IMG/VR virus record: IMGVR_UViG_3300035670_000204
Coordinates: 1-63,207 of that record
Origin: a virus
Lineage: Duplodnaviria; Caudoviricetes
Direction: 5' to 3' (one strand)
DNA length: 63,207 bases
The notes beneath the pieces are model-generated. The model searched no databases and was not told the origin of the DNA. It saw nothing but the letters and a program-made list of their open reading frames with translations. Both the position numbers and the translations under genes were made by a program. Of the stretch, positions 16,465-26,980 are shown one piece after another (position 1 is the first letter of the stretch; every line of letters starts with the position of its first letter).

Positions 16465-16507
16465 TATACCCGTAGTCGATAAATACATTACTTACGAGAC
16501 CGCTGCC

Positions 16508-16942
16508 ATGTTTGAAATAACAGAAGATATGTTGGAAACCGTAAAAGCCAAGGCGGGCGCACAGCCCATCGAAAACCTGGTGAAATTATATACTCAAGTA
16601 CGGGAGGCCAAAGTCGAGATAGAGAAAGAGACCGAAAACCGCTTGAAATCCTACGTTAATTTACTCGGGATTTTGAGTAACGAAATGCTGGCCCGTGCCC
16701 ACGAAGAGGGCGTGACGAGCTTCAAGACGCCATTTGGTACGGCATATACCAGCGAACAGACCCATGCCAGCATCGACGATGATGCGGCGTTTTACGCATT
16801 CGTCCGGGAGACCGGCGATTTGGAATTCTTTGAACGTAAGGTGAAAGTATCCCACGTCAAGGAATACATAAAAGGTACTGGAGCGCTGCCCCCTGGGCTA
16901 TCCACGTACCGCACCCTGACCGTAAAGGTCCGTAAGAGCTAA
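16508..16942 (+). CDS. Conserved phage replication-region protein
   Basis: Coiled coil plus SFKTPFGTAY and LPPGL; type usually found next to an SSB-like gene. Confidence 0.8.
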   Translation: MFEITEDMLETVKAKAGAQPIENLVKLYTQVREAKVEIEKETENRLKSYVNLLGILSNEMLARAHEEGVTSFKTPFGTAYTSEQTHASIDDDAAFYAFVRETGDLEFFERKVKVSHVKEYIKGTGALPPGLSTYRTLTVKVRKS

Positions 16943-16953
16943 CCCACGAGGAT

Positions 16954-18048
16954 ATGAAGATGGCCAAGCAAGACCTAGTTCCATTCGACCAAGCCGAATT
17001 GCCCGTATATGTAGGTGATATGTTCGGTGGGGAATCCAATATCGTTCCCCGCGCTACGACCCCCGCCCTGTCCTACCGTGGCAAGGTATGGCGTGTCATC
17101 CAAGACGGTGAAGAGACCATCGTTGCCGGTCCAGACGGCGAACCCCGTACCACGGTGCGTATTGTGGTGCTGAACCAGAACCCGGCCCGCAGCCGTATCT
17201 ACTTCGAAGAGAAGTACGCCGAAGGGCAGAACCAAGCGCCCCGCTGCAAGTCTTCCGATGGCAAGGTTCCGGATGCCAGCATCCACGACCCGATAGCCAC
17301 TTCCTGTGGCGTATGTCCCAACGCTGTGTGGGGCTCCAAGATTACCGAAGCGGGCAAAGAAGCCACCCTATGTTCCACGGTGAAGTATCTCGCCGTAGTC
17401 CCGGCCAGCGCTCTGGGTCATACCCCCTTGTTGCTCCGGTTGGCTCCGACGAGCCTGTCCGATAAAAACGTAGACCCCATCAATGGCAAGAACTGGTTTG
17501 CGTATCAGCAAGTGCTGGATTTCATCCAGGCTCGGGGATGCACCCATACTGCTGCCGTGGTCATGCGTGTGAAGTTCGACGCCACAACGGCCTACCCCAA
17601 GCTGCTGTTCAGCCCCGAACGCTGGCTGACCGCCGCTGAACTGGAACAAGTCAAAGACGTATGGAACAGCCCTGACGTGAAGACCCTGGTGTCTGGGGCG
17701 GCCCTGCCTGACGATGGCGAGCCCATAACCGTAGCCGCACCTGCCCCGGCTCCGGCTCCGGCCCCCGCTCCGACCATCGCGGCTCGGCCCAGTGCGCCTA
17801 AGCCTGCTGCCCCCAAGCCTGCCCCGGCTCCGGCCCCACAGGCGGCAGAGGAAGACGAGGACGACTACGTAGGGGATGCGGACGATGCAGACGACGTGCC
17901 CCCTCCGGCCCCCGCTCCGGAACCGCCTAAGACTCGGGCGGCTCGGGTCCGCGCCGGGCGTCCTGCTGCCCAACCGGCCCCCGCGCCTGCCACCCCATCG
18001 GCGGCTGCCCAGACCCTAGACGACATGCTCGACGGCTGGGACGACTAA
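16954..18048 (+). CDS. Putative ssDNA-binding/annealing protein
   Basis: Cys-containing core, Pro/Ala linker, acidic C-terminus LDDMLDGWDD. Confidence 0.6.
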   Translation: MKMAKQDLVPFDQAELPVYVGDMFGGESNIVPRATTPALSYRGKVWRVIQDGEETIVAGPDGEPRTTVRIVVLNQNPARSRIYFEEKYAEGQNQAPRCKSSDGKVPDASIHDPIATSCGVCPNAVWGSKITEAGKEATLCSTVKYLAVVPASALGHTPLLLRLAPTSLSDKNVDPINGKNWFAYQQVLDFIQARGCTHTAAVVMRVKFDATTAYPKLLFSPERWLTAAELEQVKDVWNSPDVKTLVSGAALPDDGEPITVAAPAPAPAPAPAPTIAARPSAPKPAAPKPAPAPAPQAAEEDEDDYVGDADDADDVPPPAPAPEPPKTRAARVRAGRPAAQPAPAPATPSAAAQTLDDMLDGWDD

Positions 18049-18094
18049 CAGCTCAACCCCCCTCCCCACTGCGGGAGGGGTTTAGGAGGTCACC

Positions 18095-18430
18095 ATGAGA
18101 GAGGTTTCAAACAAAGTCCGGGCAGAGATATTCAGTGCGTGTGTTGCCAATGCGGACAACCCGTACCCCCAACTGGCTAACTTATGTATCCAGGAGAATA
18201 TACCACTGTCCACACTGGTCCTTGCTACGGGAATTAGCAGACCTACGTTGTATTCTTGGATTACTGGGGCGACCGTGCCCGATGGGACTAACAGAAAAGC
18301 TCGACACTTAGAAAAGCTGCATCGAATTCTGCTCAAAGCGAAAGCGGACGGGCTGCTCCCACTCGGACCCGGCACCGCAGCAAAAAAACTAGACCAATTA
18401 TCCCGAATTGTATCCAAGTACCTAGCCTGA
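18095..18430 (+). CDS. XRE/Cro-like HTH protein
   Basis: LSTLVLATGISRPTLYSWITG; AGGAGG RBS. Confidence 0.75.
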   Translation: MREVSNKVRAEIFSACVANADNPYPQLANLCIQENIPLSTLVLATGISRPTLYSWITGATVPDGTNRKARHLEKLHRILLKAKADGLLPLGPGTAAKKLDQLSRIVSKYLA

Positions 18431-18439
18431 AAGCAAGAC

Positions 18440-18461
18440 GGGGGCCAAAAGCCCCCTTTTT
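18440..18461 (+). terminator. Intrinsic terminator
   Basis: GGGGGC-CAAAA-GCCCCC-TTTTT. Confidence 0.7.
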
Positions 18462-18545
18462 GCGTCGGTGCATTGAGCCCGATAGGGCTCATAGGCTACG
18501 CTTACCGTCTTCACCCTTACTACGGCCTTGTCGGAGTCCGCCCTT

Positions 18546-21518
18546 ATGGAGACAAACCAAGCGTTTCTGTCAACAATACTGCCTACCGCTGGGTATTATG
18601 TGTTAGCAGAAGCTATGTCATTCATTGACAATACTGGCAGAAAAATAAATACGTTCAAACATCACGTCGCTAATTCCACACAGGAACTATTCGACCTGGC
18701 AACCACGATTGCCGGGCAAAACCGAGACGTATATTTTGCTGTTGCGTCCTTCCACGAGCCCAAAATCTGGAACGCTACAGCTATCAATACGCGCACCGGG
18801 CAAGCTGGAAAGTGGCAAACCCGAACGCAATCCAATGTGAAATACGTTCGCAGCTTATACTTAGATTTAGACGTTGATAGCGACCCTGCCCCAAACAAAG
18901 AGAACGTCACGTTTCGAAGTAAGAAAGCCGCTATCACCGCTATCAAAGACCTATGCACTTTAGTCGGACTACCCCGCCCAATTCTCATAGACAGCGGTGG
19001 GGGAATACACTGCTATTGGCCCTTCGAGACTGAAGTACCTATAGATGAATGGCGCGACATATCTGGGTTGTTGAAATCTATATGTCTGCATCACAGTATA
19101 CCCATAGACCCCGTAGTCCCCACTGACCCGGCTCGCGTTCTGCGCGTCCCTGGGACCTTCAACTTCAAGAAGCCTACGCCCCGCCCTGTCGCGGTCATCT
19201 GCCGCGAAAGCCGTACCCAAACGGCAGAAGAATTTCATGCCCTGCTGGATGCGTACTGCCAGACCAATGCTGTCTCGACTTCCACCCCCGTCGTCACCCG
19301 TATAGACCCCGCCCCCGCCATCGCCGCTGCCATACTTGGAAATGGGAACATATATAACAGCAACCCGCTGAGCGCCGCCAAGATGGAGCAGGAGTGCTTG
19401 GCCTACGCGAAGCAGGTCCAGACGGGCGGTAAAGACGCCACAGAGCCCCAGTGGTACAACGTCCTGGGAGTCGCCGCGTTCTGCGAGAACATGGAGGCCG
19501 CCTGCGAGTCCGTATCCAGCGCCCATCCGGCCTACGACAAGCAAGCCACTCTGGCCAAGGCCCGCCGCTGGCCCGCACCCGTCACCTGCGAACGTATGCA
19601 CCAGTCTGACCCGGAGTCCTGCAACGCATGTCCCCATTGGGGGCACGTCCGGTCTCCCGCCAGCCTAAGCCGCCCCGAGGTCAGGGCAGAACCCGTGACA
19701 GCCGACGTGGCCCCAATAGGGGTAGACGTGGCGCATGTCCCGGACCCACCTGCCCCCTACAAACGCCACAACGGGACCATCGTGGTCTGTGCAGAGAACC
19801 CAGCGGGGGCCGAAGTTATCGAAGAGGTATCGCCGTTCGACCTATATCCCGTGCGGATTCTGCGCCAGATAGGCTCAGCGAACGACGTGCAAGAGGTCTG
19901 TGAATGGTCTATAAAATTGGATAGGTTAGGGTATATCACCATTGAAATACCCCAGAGCGTAATCAGTGACATACGTAAACTTCACGCCCTATTTCTGACT
20001 CGCGGTGCCTATCCGAACCCCGCCCAAATCAAGAGTATTCAGACTTATATGAGCGCATATCTCAGAGAATTAGCTCGGGCAACTGACCGAGACGCCGTTT
20101 ACAACCACCTGGGGTGGGCACCTGACAGGAAAGCCTTCGTGCTTGGCCCACAGGTATTGCATCCGGACGGAACGACCAAGCCCCACAAGCAACCCAACAC
20201 CATGAAGGCCATCACCAAAAACGGCATGGAGGTGATTGGTACGCTGTATGACTGGAAGAACGCGATGCAGTTCTACAATGGACCCCGATACGTGGGGCAT
20301 AGGTTTTTCCTATACGCCAGCTTCGCCGCACCGCTGTTCCACATGACCGGCCACAAGGGCGTCCTGCTGTCTGCATCCGGCGACACCGGGCGAGGCAAGA
20401 CGACCTGCTTGGAAGCCTGCGCATCGGTCTGGGGCCACCCTGAAAAGCTCCAGCTCAACGGCAACCGGGATGGGTCTACCAACAACGCCATGCACGAAAT
20501 CCTGGGCATGTACCACTCTCTACCCCTGCTGTGGGATGACACCACGGAACGCGACTCAGAGGAAATGCGCCGCTTTGTTTTGAACATATCTCAGGGCAAA
20601 GGCAAGGAGCGCATGAAAGGCCACGAGCACGACGGACGGGTAGTCGAGTGGGAAACCATCGTGATGAGCACGGCCAATATCGACGACCTGAGCCGCCTGG
20701 CGTTATCAGGGCGAGACATCCAGCCACACCTGGCCCGCATGATAAACGTGGACTTTTCGTCCATCGACCTGACCACATCGGGGAAGGTCAAAGCCGACCA
20801 CTTCAAACGAACCATACGGCAGAATTACGGGCAAGCGGGAATAGAGTACATGAAGTACCTGCTTCCGAATTACGATGCCATCTCCGCTCGGGTCTTGGCC
20901 AACATGGAGAAGGTTGACCGGGACGTGAACGCCACGGCCCATGAACGATATTGGACCGCCCTGATTGCCGTCATTCTCACAGCGGCGGAGATTACACAGC
21001 ACCTTGGTTTACTAGAATTCGACGTATATCGTGACTACGAGTGGATGAAGGCTCACGTCGGGCAGCTCCGTGGTACCACAACCGACATCGCCCTTGACCC
21101 TGTCGAAGTGCTGGTCGGCTATCTGAATCGGCGCAAGTCGAATACCCTGGTGGTGAACACCAAAGTTTCGAACATCAACAACGTCATCATCGAACCACGA
21201 GGGGCGCTGTTGGTCAGACATGAGTTTGACAACAACACCATCTACGCCTCCCGTGACTCCATCCTGCTGTACTGCGCGGAGCTGAAGGTAAACCCTGTCA
21301 GCATCGAGCAAGAATTGGTGAACCGGGGAGTGATTACCAGTCGGCGCGTCAAACGGACGCTGGGGGCCGACACCCCGTATGCGTCCGGCCAGACGATATG
21401 CTGGCAACTCGCAGTGGATAAGCTGGGGGCCGACTTCGCTCAGGCGACCCTGGCCCCCATCGCAATGCAGCAAGCCCTACCTGGGGCGGACAAACTACTC
21501 CGTAGCAGCTTGCACTAG
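18546..21518 (+). CDS. Primase-helicase (AEP/RepB-like primase, DUF927, P-loop NTPase)
   Basis: LDLD, SGGGIHCYW, RVLRVPGTFNFK, CxxC, HLGW, Walker A GDTGRGKT, NYGQAG. Confidence 0.9.
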   Translation: METNQAFLSTILPTAGYYVLAEAMSFIDNTGRKINTFKHHVANSTQELFDLATTIAGQNRDVYFAVASFHEPKIWNATAINTRTGQAGKWQTRTQSNVKYVRSLYLDLDVDSDPAPNKENVTFRSKKAAITAIKDLCTLVGLPRPILIDSGGGIHCYWPFETEVPIDEWRDISGLLKSICLHHSIPIDPVVPTDPARVLRVPGTFNFKKPTPRPVAVICRESRTQTAEEFHALLDAYCQTNAVSTSTPVVTRIDPAPAIAAAILGNGNIYNSNPLSAAKMEQECLAYAKQVQTGGKDATEPQWYNVLGVAAFCENMEAACESVSSAHPAYDKQATLAKARRWPAPVTCERMHQSDPESCNACPHWGHVRSPASLSRPEVRAEPVTADVAPIGVDVAHVPDPPAPYKRHNGTIVVCAENPAGAEVIEEVSPFDLYPVRILRQIGSANDVQEVCEWSIKLDRLGYITIEIPQSVISDIRKLHALFLTRGAYPNPAQIKSIQTYMSAYLRELARATDRDAVYNHLGWAPDRKAFVLGPQVLHPDGTTKPHKQPNTMKAITKNGMEVIGTLYDWKNAMQFYNGPRYVGHRFFLYASFAAPLFHMTGHKGVLLSASGDTGRGKTTCLEACASVWGHPEKLQLNGNRDGSTNNAMHEILGMYHSLPLLWDDTTERDSEEMRRFVLNISQGKGKERMKGHEHDGRVVEWETIVMSTANIDDLSRLALSGRDIQPHLARMINVDFSSIDLTTSGKVKADHFKRTIRQNYGQAGIEYMKYLLPNYDAISARVLANMEKVDRDVNATAHERYWTALIAVILTAAEITQHLGLLEFDVYRDYEWMKAHVGQLRGTTTDIALDPVEVLVGYLNRRKSNTLVVNTKVSNINNVIIEPRGALLVRHEFDNNTIYASRDSILLYCAELKVNPVSIEQELVNRGVITSRRVKRTLGADTPYASGQTICWQLAVDKLGADFAQATLAPIAMQQALPGADKLLRSSLH

Positions 21519-23417
21519 GGTACCGGCGAAGCTGGTGACACCGGACATGGCCGAACTGGCGACCTGTCCGGCGACACCGGCAGCCTGAACCATACCCTGC
21601 CCGGCCGCGACCGCTTGTTGAAGCTGGGTCTGCCATGCCATGAGGTTTTGGCGACCTGCTTCCAACACACCATTCAGCTCTGCCGTGAAGGCTCGAATCA
21701 TGTAGTCGGCGGTGGTTTTCCAATACTCCACCTCAATGCGCAGCTCTTCAGCCACGGCGCCCCACTCGGCGCGGTACCGGTCTACTTCCAGGGCGTTGGC
21801 CTTGCCCTTGGCTTCAATCATGACAGTCTCACCATGAACGGTGGCTTTCTGCCCCTCTAGGTCCGCCATGACTCGGTCGATTTCGCCCTTGTTCTTGGCC
21901 AGAATCGCATCGGTCTGGGCCTTCCAAGCGGCGACTTCAACCTCGAACCCTTTTACTTCTGATTCGTAGCTTTTAACTAGGGCCAACTCGCCTTCCATGC
22001 GCCCCTTGTAGCCCTCGACCTCAGCAGAGAAGGCTTGGATTTCCGCCGCAAACCGCTTGACCTGAGCGTTGAATATTTCAAGTCCGAACATGGACAGCTC
22101 AGCCTTTTTCAGCTCAATCTGTGCCTTGCCTTGAAAGACTTTGACCAGCGATTCATTGTACGTCGCTGTTGCGTTGCACAAATCCGCCACGGCCCGCCCC
22201 ATGGAAGTCTTTGCCACTTCCGCATCAATCTTGGCCTTGAATATCTGTATCTTGGCCGTCTCTGCATCAACCTTGGCCTTATAGACTTCGACTGCGGATT
22301 GCACACCACGCCACTGTGCCTCGTATACCCGTATGTATTGGTCATACGCCCCAATCCAGGCTTTCAGCAAATCCGCCGCCCAGAATAGGACATCCTTATT
22401 GATAGTATAAAGAATCTCAGCGTACTTCTGAGCTGTGGCTGTATGGAACTTCATGAACTCAAAACCCATGTTTTGAACAAATTCCAGCCACTTCTGTTCT
22501 AGCTCGAAACCTTTGATTGCGATGCCGGTAAGCTGGGAAGCTGCCGCTTCCGCCATGGCCAGCCGCCCCATCTGTGCCATACCGAAGGCGGCTCCACTCG
22601 GCAGGGTCAACCCACGACTGGCCGCTTGAGACAGCGCATCCGCCTCAGCACGGCGATACTCCGCATGGGTCTTGGCCTCAGTTTCGGACAGCATCAAGGT
22701 CCGCATGTGGACCGGTAGCGCCGTACCCATCATTGGGGTACTGGAGGATACCCAGCGCTCCAAGTTGGTCTGTACGCTCTTGGAGATGTTGTGCTGGTTC
22801 AGGACGTGGTTCGCCCAGTCCACGTCGTATTCCCGAACGAAATTATATATGTCCTGAACTTTGTGCATAGCCTGGTCGATTACCCCCATAACCGTCTCTT
22901 CATCCAAGAACGCTCGGGGGTCGGACGGGACGGTATTCCCTGGGTCTGGCGGCAGATTTATACCAGGGTCTTGGGGGATGGTCGGTAAGAAGTCTGTTGG
23001 GTCGAACGACGGAATAGGCTCCCACGTCGGGTCGGGAGGCATTATCGGGTCTTTCGGTTCGCGCCCGCGATACTCGGGTGGGGAGCCATACCTCGGGGAC
23101 GGGGGCTGATAGCGCGTAGGCCGCTGTACAGGTGGCGGCTTGCCCTCGAACGGGTCTGTATCCGTGATGGTAGGGTCTTTCGGTGTTATCTTGGACAGTT
23201 GCCCCAAGGGGAGTTTTTCAGGGGGCGACGGGTCTCGGTGATTCTTGTCAGGTGTGCCTAGCTCAGGGGCTTCAATCGTGTAGTCGTTACCTGCATACTG
23301 CCCAATGCCTCGGGACAGCGCACCAAAAGCGTCATAGATGGACCGAGACGCATCATTCGCAAACCGTTCCGCAAGCTGGGAATGCTGTTGAAATACTTTT
23401 TCCGGGTCTATAGCCAT
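21495..23417 (-). CDS. Virion protein with Pro-rich and long coiled-coil regions (640 aa)
   Basis: Last gene of the structural operon; overlaps the primase 3' end by 24 bp. Confidence 0.75.
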   Translation of the reverse strand: MAIDPEKVFQQHSQLAERFANDASRSIYDAFGALSRGIGQYAGNDYTIEAPELGTPDKNHRDPSPPEKLPLGQLSKITPKDPTITDTDPFEGKPPPVQRPTRYQPPSPRYGSPPEYRGREPKDPIMPPDPTWEPIPSFDPTDFLPTIPQDPGINLPPDPGNTVPSDPRAFLDEETVMGVIDQAMHKVQDIYNFVREYDVDWANHVLNQHNISKSVQTNLERWVSSSTPMMGTALPVHMRTLMLSETEAKTHAEYRRAEADALSQAASRGLTLPSGAAFGMAQMGRLAMAEAAASQLTGIAIKGFELEQKWLEFVQNMGFEFMKFHTATAQKYAEILYTINKDVLFWAADLLKAWIGAYDQYIRVYEAQWRGVQSAVEVYKAKVDAETAKIQIFKAKIDAEVAKTSMGRAVADLCNATATYNESLVKVFQGKAQIELKKAELSMFGLEIFNAQVKRFAAEIQAFSAEVEGYKGRMEGELALVKSYESEVKGFEVEVAAWKAQTDAILAKNKGEIDRVMADLEGQKATVHGETVMIEAKGKANALEVDRYRAEWGAVAEELRIEVEYWKTTADYMIRAFTAELNGVLEAGRQNLMAWQTQLQQAVAAGQGMVQAAGVAGQVASSAMSGVTSFAGTLVQAATE

Positions 23418-23418
23418 A

Positions 23419-23883
23419 TCATAGGTTCCTGTATGTGAATCGCAGCTCTGGGGTCAGCGCATCCAGCTCGAACCCATCAGCCCCACGCATACCCAAGGCC
23501 ATGTTCCGGGTACGAATCCCCCGGCCAATACTGATTCGGTGGGGCCTATGGTCGGGACTGCCCGTATGGGCGTATGTACGGACCTCTCCGGTATCTGTAT
23601 GGACCTCAAACTCTACGTCTCCGTATATAAGGCCATCCAGATAGACCGCCATCAGCCCCTTTTGGCCAGGGTGCCCATGGTCATTCAGTCCTGTTTGGAA
23701 CTCCCAGGGGATAGCCACTCCGGCATCGGTGTCCCCGCCTAAAACGTGTAGCGCTCCGTCAGGGGTCCGCCCGTAGTAAACATCTCCCAGGCGCATGACA
23801 TCCACGAAGGTATAATTCTCGTAGTACGTCACGGCCCCGCCAGCGGGGTTGACCCACCACGACCATGGTGCGGTGAGCGCCAT
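23419..23883 (-). CDS. Tail/structural protein (154 aa)
   Basis: AGGAGG RBS, TAATG coupling. Confidence 0.75.
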   Translation of the reverse strand: MALTAPWSWWVNPAGGAVTYYENYTFVDVMRLGDVYYGRTPDGALHVLGGDTDAGVAIPWEFQTGLNDHGHPGQKGLMAVYLDGLIYGDVEFEVHTDTGEVRTYAHTGSPDHRPHRISIGRGIRTRNMALGMRGADGFELDALTPELRFTYRNL

Positions 23884-24524
23884 TACAGCCTCCTACATGC
23901 CGGTAAAGCCAACGCCCCGAACACAGATACCCCAGGGATAACATAGGGCAACGTCAGGCTACCCGCCCCGGTGTAGGACCATGAGCCCGCTGCCCCCTGG
24001 AGTGTAGGTGCAGGTATCCGCGCTCTGGTCAGACATACGTTCGCAGCAGTATACGAAGTCCCGGTCCCCGCTCCCGTGAGGGCGATGAGGGACATCGCGC
24101 TATACCCCCCGCCATACCCAGCCGCCACAACACTAGATAGGTCAGCGTCCCCATACGCCAGGGTCGCCGTAGCCCCAGTTGCCTCCAGGGTCCAAGCGGG
24201 TAGGGTTACACCCCACGACCACGACCGAATAATGTTAAACGTCGTCGTGAGTTGTATGGCCGGAATGGGGATGGCCCAGTCCGCCCCAGAATACCCAGTG
24301 CTGAGCAGCGTAGCAGGAAGCCTAAGTCGCCCGTCCCCCCTCGGGTCCAGTGATGTACCGCCCTTTACGGTCAGCGCAGGGAAGGTGACAGCAAACGTCT
24401 CCCTTCCGAACGACTCCCCAAGCGATATAAACCCCGGTGTTTCGCTGGTCTCTGCGTTGTACGACCCAACAAATACAGTAGGGGCAGTCCCGTAACTGGC
24501 GAATTTAGGCGTGTACTGCGTCAT
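23883..24524 (-). CDS. Tail/structural protein (213 aa)
   Basis: Gly/Ala/Thr-rich, in operon. Confidence 0.75.
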   Translation of the reverse strand: MTQYTPKFASYGTAPTVFVGSYNAETSETPGFISLGESFGRETFAVTFPALTVKGGTSLDPRGDGRLRLPATLLSTGYSGADWAIPIPAIQLTTTFNIIRSWSWGVTLPAWTLEATGATATLAYGDADLSSVVAAGYGGGYSAMSLIALTGAGTGTSYTAANVCLTRARIPAPTLQGAAGSWSYTGAGSLTLPYVIPGVSVFGALALPACRRL

Positions 24525-24525
24525 G

Positions 24526-24975
24526 CTAGTAAGGAGGAATTCCTATAGCGTAACTCCCCAAAGAATAACTCTGGGATAAAGTCAGAGTTGCGCTGGGTAG
24601 GACCAAGTCTGAGCCTGCTGCGCCAGCCGTACCCTGAAGCCGAAGGGTTATCGTGGACAAAGTGTTGTCGTCCGCAGACGCCTGAAACCGGTAGAACGTC
24701 GCTGTGCCACCTGTTGCGCAGGTACCACTCCAGGTCTGTGAGGTGAGTTTACTCAGGGCACCACCTGACGCGGTCGCGTTAAAGCTCAACCCTCCGCCTG
24801 ACCCATTATCCGAAAGGGTCAAGAGCAGATAGTTGTCCCCGCCAATCAACGCGGCATCCGCCGTGACGGGGACTGTCCCCGAGTACACCTTGATTACGAA
24901 CCCTTGAAGTGCAGACTTCATAGAGTTCGTATCCAAGAGCCTATTTCTAAGCCCAGTGCTAAGCATCAGCGCCAT
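24526..24975 (-). CDS. Structural protein, LSTGLRN paralog B
   Basis: Aligns by eye with 24977..25423. Confidence 0.8.
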   Translation of the reverse strand: MALMLSTGLRNRLLDTNSMKSALQGFVIKVYSGTVPVTADAALIGGDNYLLLTLSDNGSGGGLSFNATASGGALSKLTSQTWSGTCATGGTATFYRFQASADDNTLSTITLRLQGTAGAAGSDLVLPSATLTLSQSYSLGSYAIGIPPY

Positions 24976-24976
24976 A

Positions 24977-25423
24977 TTAGTTGCTCGGCAGAGTAATGGT
25001 GAACGAGTCGATAGTGGTCGAGTTCCCCACAGCGATATTCACGTTTGAAAGTGTAATATCCGCTCCAGCGGTACCCAGAGACCCGTCAATACGCTTCGCC
25101 GTGGAGCTGGTTGCCGATGGGGTGTCGGCGGCCTCATAGAACCGAAACCACGAGGCGTTACCCGCACTCAGGCCAGTGAACCGCCACACTTCAGCCGCTT
25201 TCGAGATTGCCCCAGCATCGGCGGACCCGAAGTTCAGCCCTGTGACGCCATCGCCATCTACGGTGACTGTGGCGAGAATGGTGCCCGTGGCGCCGGAGTC
25301 AGCGGACGACGGCTGGATACCTGAATATATGTTGATAAACCCATTAGCCAGGGCGTTCTTGATACCGCCCGACACGCCGCCGTCCAGCATGGCGTTACGA
25401 AGTCCAGTGCTCAGCCTAATCAT
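24977..25423 (-). CDS. Structural protein, LSTGLRN paralog A
   Basis: LSTGLRN, IYSG..P..AD, A.WFRF, RIDG..GTAGAD. Confidence 0.8.
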   Translation of the reverse strand: MIRLSTGLRNAMLDGGVSGGIKNALANGFINIYSGIQPSSADSGATGTILATVTVDGDGVTGLNFGSADAGAISKAAEVWRFTGLSAGNASWFRFYEAADTPSATSSTAKRIDGSLGTAGADITLSNVNIAVGNSTTIDSFTITLPSN

Positions 25424-25431
25424 AAATCCCC

Positions 25432-26739
25432 CTATGTGCGAACATTGACGCCGGTCAGGACGCCCTCTTGAATCACCGAAGACAGGAAGCCAATCTCCCC
25501 ATCTCTCCGAATGGTCTTAGCATAAACCAAACCGCCAGGGTCCTCACCAAAATGTGGGGCTACAGGCTCAAACGGCATGGCCGAGTATAGCCCTCTGGTA
25601 GTCCATAGCAGAGCCTTACCAGGGGTTACGATATCCCCGCAGCGCCCTGGAACAGTCCCAAAATCTGCGACTGACTTCAGCTCCTCTCCGGTCCACAAGT
25701 GGATACTGCTGCTTGTGCCCAGCAAGAGCCCCGCCTCGATAGGCAGCATAAAATTGATGTGCCCGCTGGTCATAAAATAATTGCGCGTTAAATCAAACAG
25801 ATGGTACGTCATGGGGTCACTGTAGGCCACGACGGACGCCGTGTCTATCCAAGAACAAACGTACAGCCTACCTCCGAATGTGGTCATGTTGTTGATTGGG
25901 GTAGGACAAGGCTGACGCACCAGGCCAATCGGCTGCGCTCGGTATAGTACCTCGGTGCGAACATCGGCAGTCACTTCCACCGTTGGTGTATTTGACCGGG
26001 GGACTTCCCCCACCTGGTACAGGGCATGGCCGCCGACCGACGTGCAGAAGAACCGCGTGGCCGCGAACCCAACAGGGGGCGTAGGCGCAGACAGCCGAAC
26101 CGACGACAACAGGGCGGCATCGCTCGCTGGTACCGTCAGGGTTTCAATCGAGCTGGTAGGTCCTTCCCGCCCGTCTGCTGTGACGTACGCGGCAACAGCG
26201 CTCACGGTTGCGACTCCCACCAGGGTCCCCGTGTGGGGCGCGTAGGGGGCATTGGCGTAGGGCTGCAGGGACCCCAGAGGGGAGATGGTCAGTCCAGAGG
26301 GGGTCGGGACCACCAAGGGGACAACTTGTAAATCGTCCCGAATCAGCCAGGCCAAATGACCTGACCCGAACGCGACCCCTGTTTCCAGTTCTGCCCAATA
26401 GTACGGCTCCGATGACGCCGGGACAGCCCCTATGACAACCGGGGATGCGACGTGCGGCGGGTCTTGGAACCAATACACGGTACCCGAATTGATACCAAAC
26501 CCCGTCGTTCCGCTGGCTTTGGCGTATACCGTTTGATATGTACCAGGAAGGGCGGCGGAGTACCCGCTACGGCGAACCAGCTTTTTCTGGTCGGTTACCC
26601 GGAGATTGGTCGCCGTCCGAAGGTCTGACCACGTTTTGTCCTTTGCGGAATTTTGGCTCACTAAGCCTCGGGTCTGGAACGTGGGGCCGGAGGGTGTCAC
26701 TTGCGGGTCTGGCACCCGGCTCTGTCGGCTTTCGCGCAT
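25432..26739 (-). CDS. Tail tubular protein B / nozzle-like protein
   Basis: N-terminal ATN.R......LVRRSG motif, beta-rich; GGAG RBS before ATG 26739. Confidence 0.65.
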   Translation of the reverse strand: MRESRQSRVPDPQVTPSGPTFQTRGLVSQNSAKDKTWSDLRTATNLRVTDQKKLVRRSGYSAALPGTYQTVYAKASGTTGFGINSGTVYWFQDPPHVASPVVIGAVPASSEPYYWAELETGVAFGSGHLAWLIRDDLQVVPLVVPTPSGLTISPLGSLQPYANAPYAPHTGTLVGVATVSAVAAYVTADGREGPTSSIETLTVPASDAALLSSVRLSAPTPPVGFAATRFFCTSVGGHALYQVGEVPRSNTPTVEVTADVRTEVLYRAQPIGLVRQPCPTPINNMTTFGGRLYVCSWIDTASVVAYSDPMTYHLFDLTRNYFMTSGHINFMLPIEAGLLLGTSSSIHLWTGEELKSVADFGTVPGRCGDIVTPGKALLWTTRGLYSAMPFEPVAPHFGEDPGGLVYAKTIRRDGEIGFLSSVIQEGVLTGVNVRT

Positions 26740-26980
26740 GGGAGACTCCAGGGGAACCAAAAGACGGGATTATATGGGGAGCATCGGCCCACCGACCAAA
26801 TCTATGCTTGGGCAGAGTATAGGGCGGCATACCGCGTTGCAATACTTCTCCCAGCGTCGGCTTACGCGGCGGAGGAGGCTCAGGAACATCTGGGACTGAC
26901 GACGGCGGTGCTCCGGTGAACACAGGATTGCCCTTGCTTCGCGTAGGGCGGTGCTCCATGTCGGGGGGTTCAGGGCTCAT
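26567..26980 (-). CDS. Pro-rich hypothetical protein
   Basis: ATGA-coupled to the upstream gene; overlaps the next gene by 173 bp. Confidence 0.45.
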   Translation of the reverse strand: MSPEPPDMEHRPTRSKGNPVFTGAPPSSVPDVPEPPPPRKPTLGEVLQRGMPPYTLPKHRFGRWADAPHIIPSFGSPGVSHARKPTEPGARPASDTLRPHVPDPRLSEPKFRKGQNVVRPSDGDQSPGNRPEKAGSP

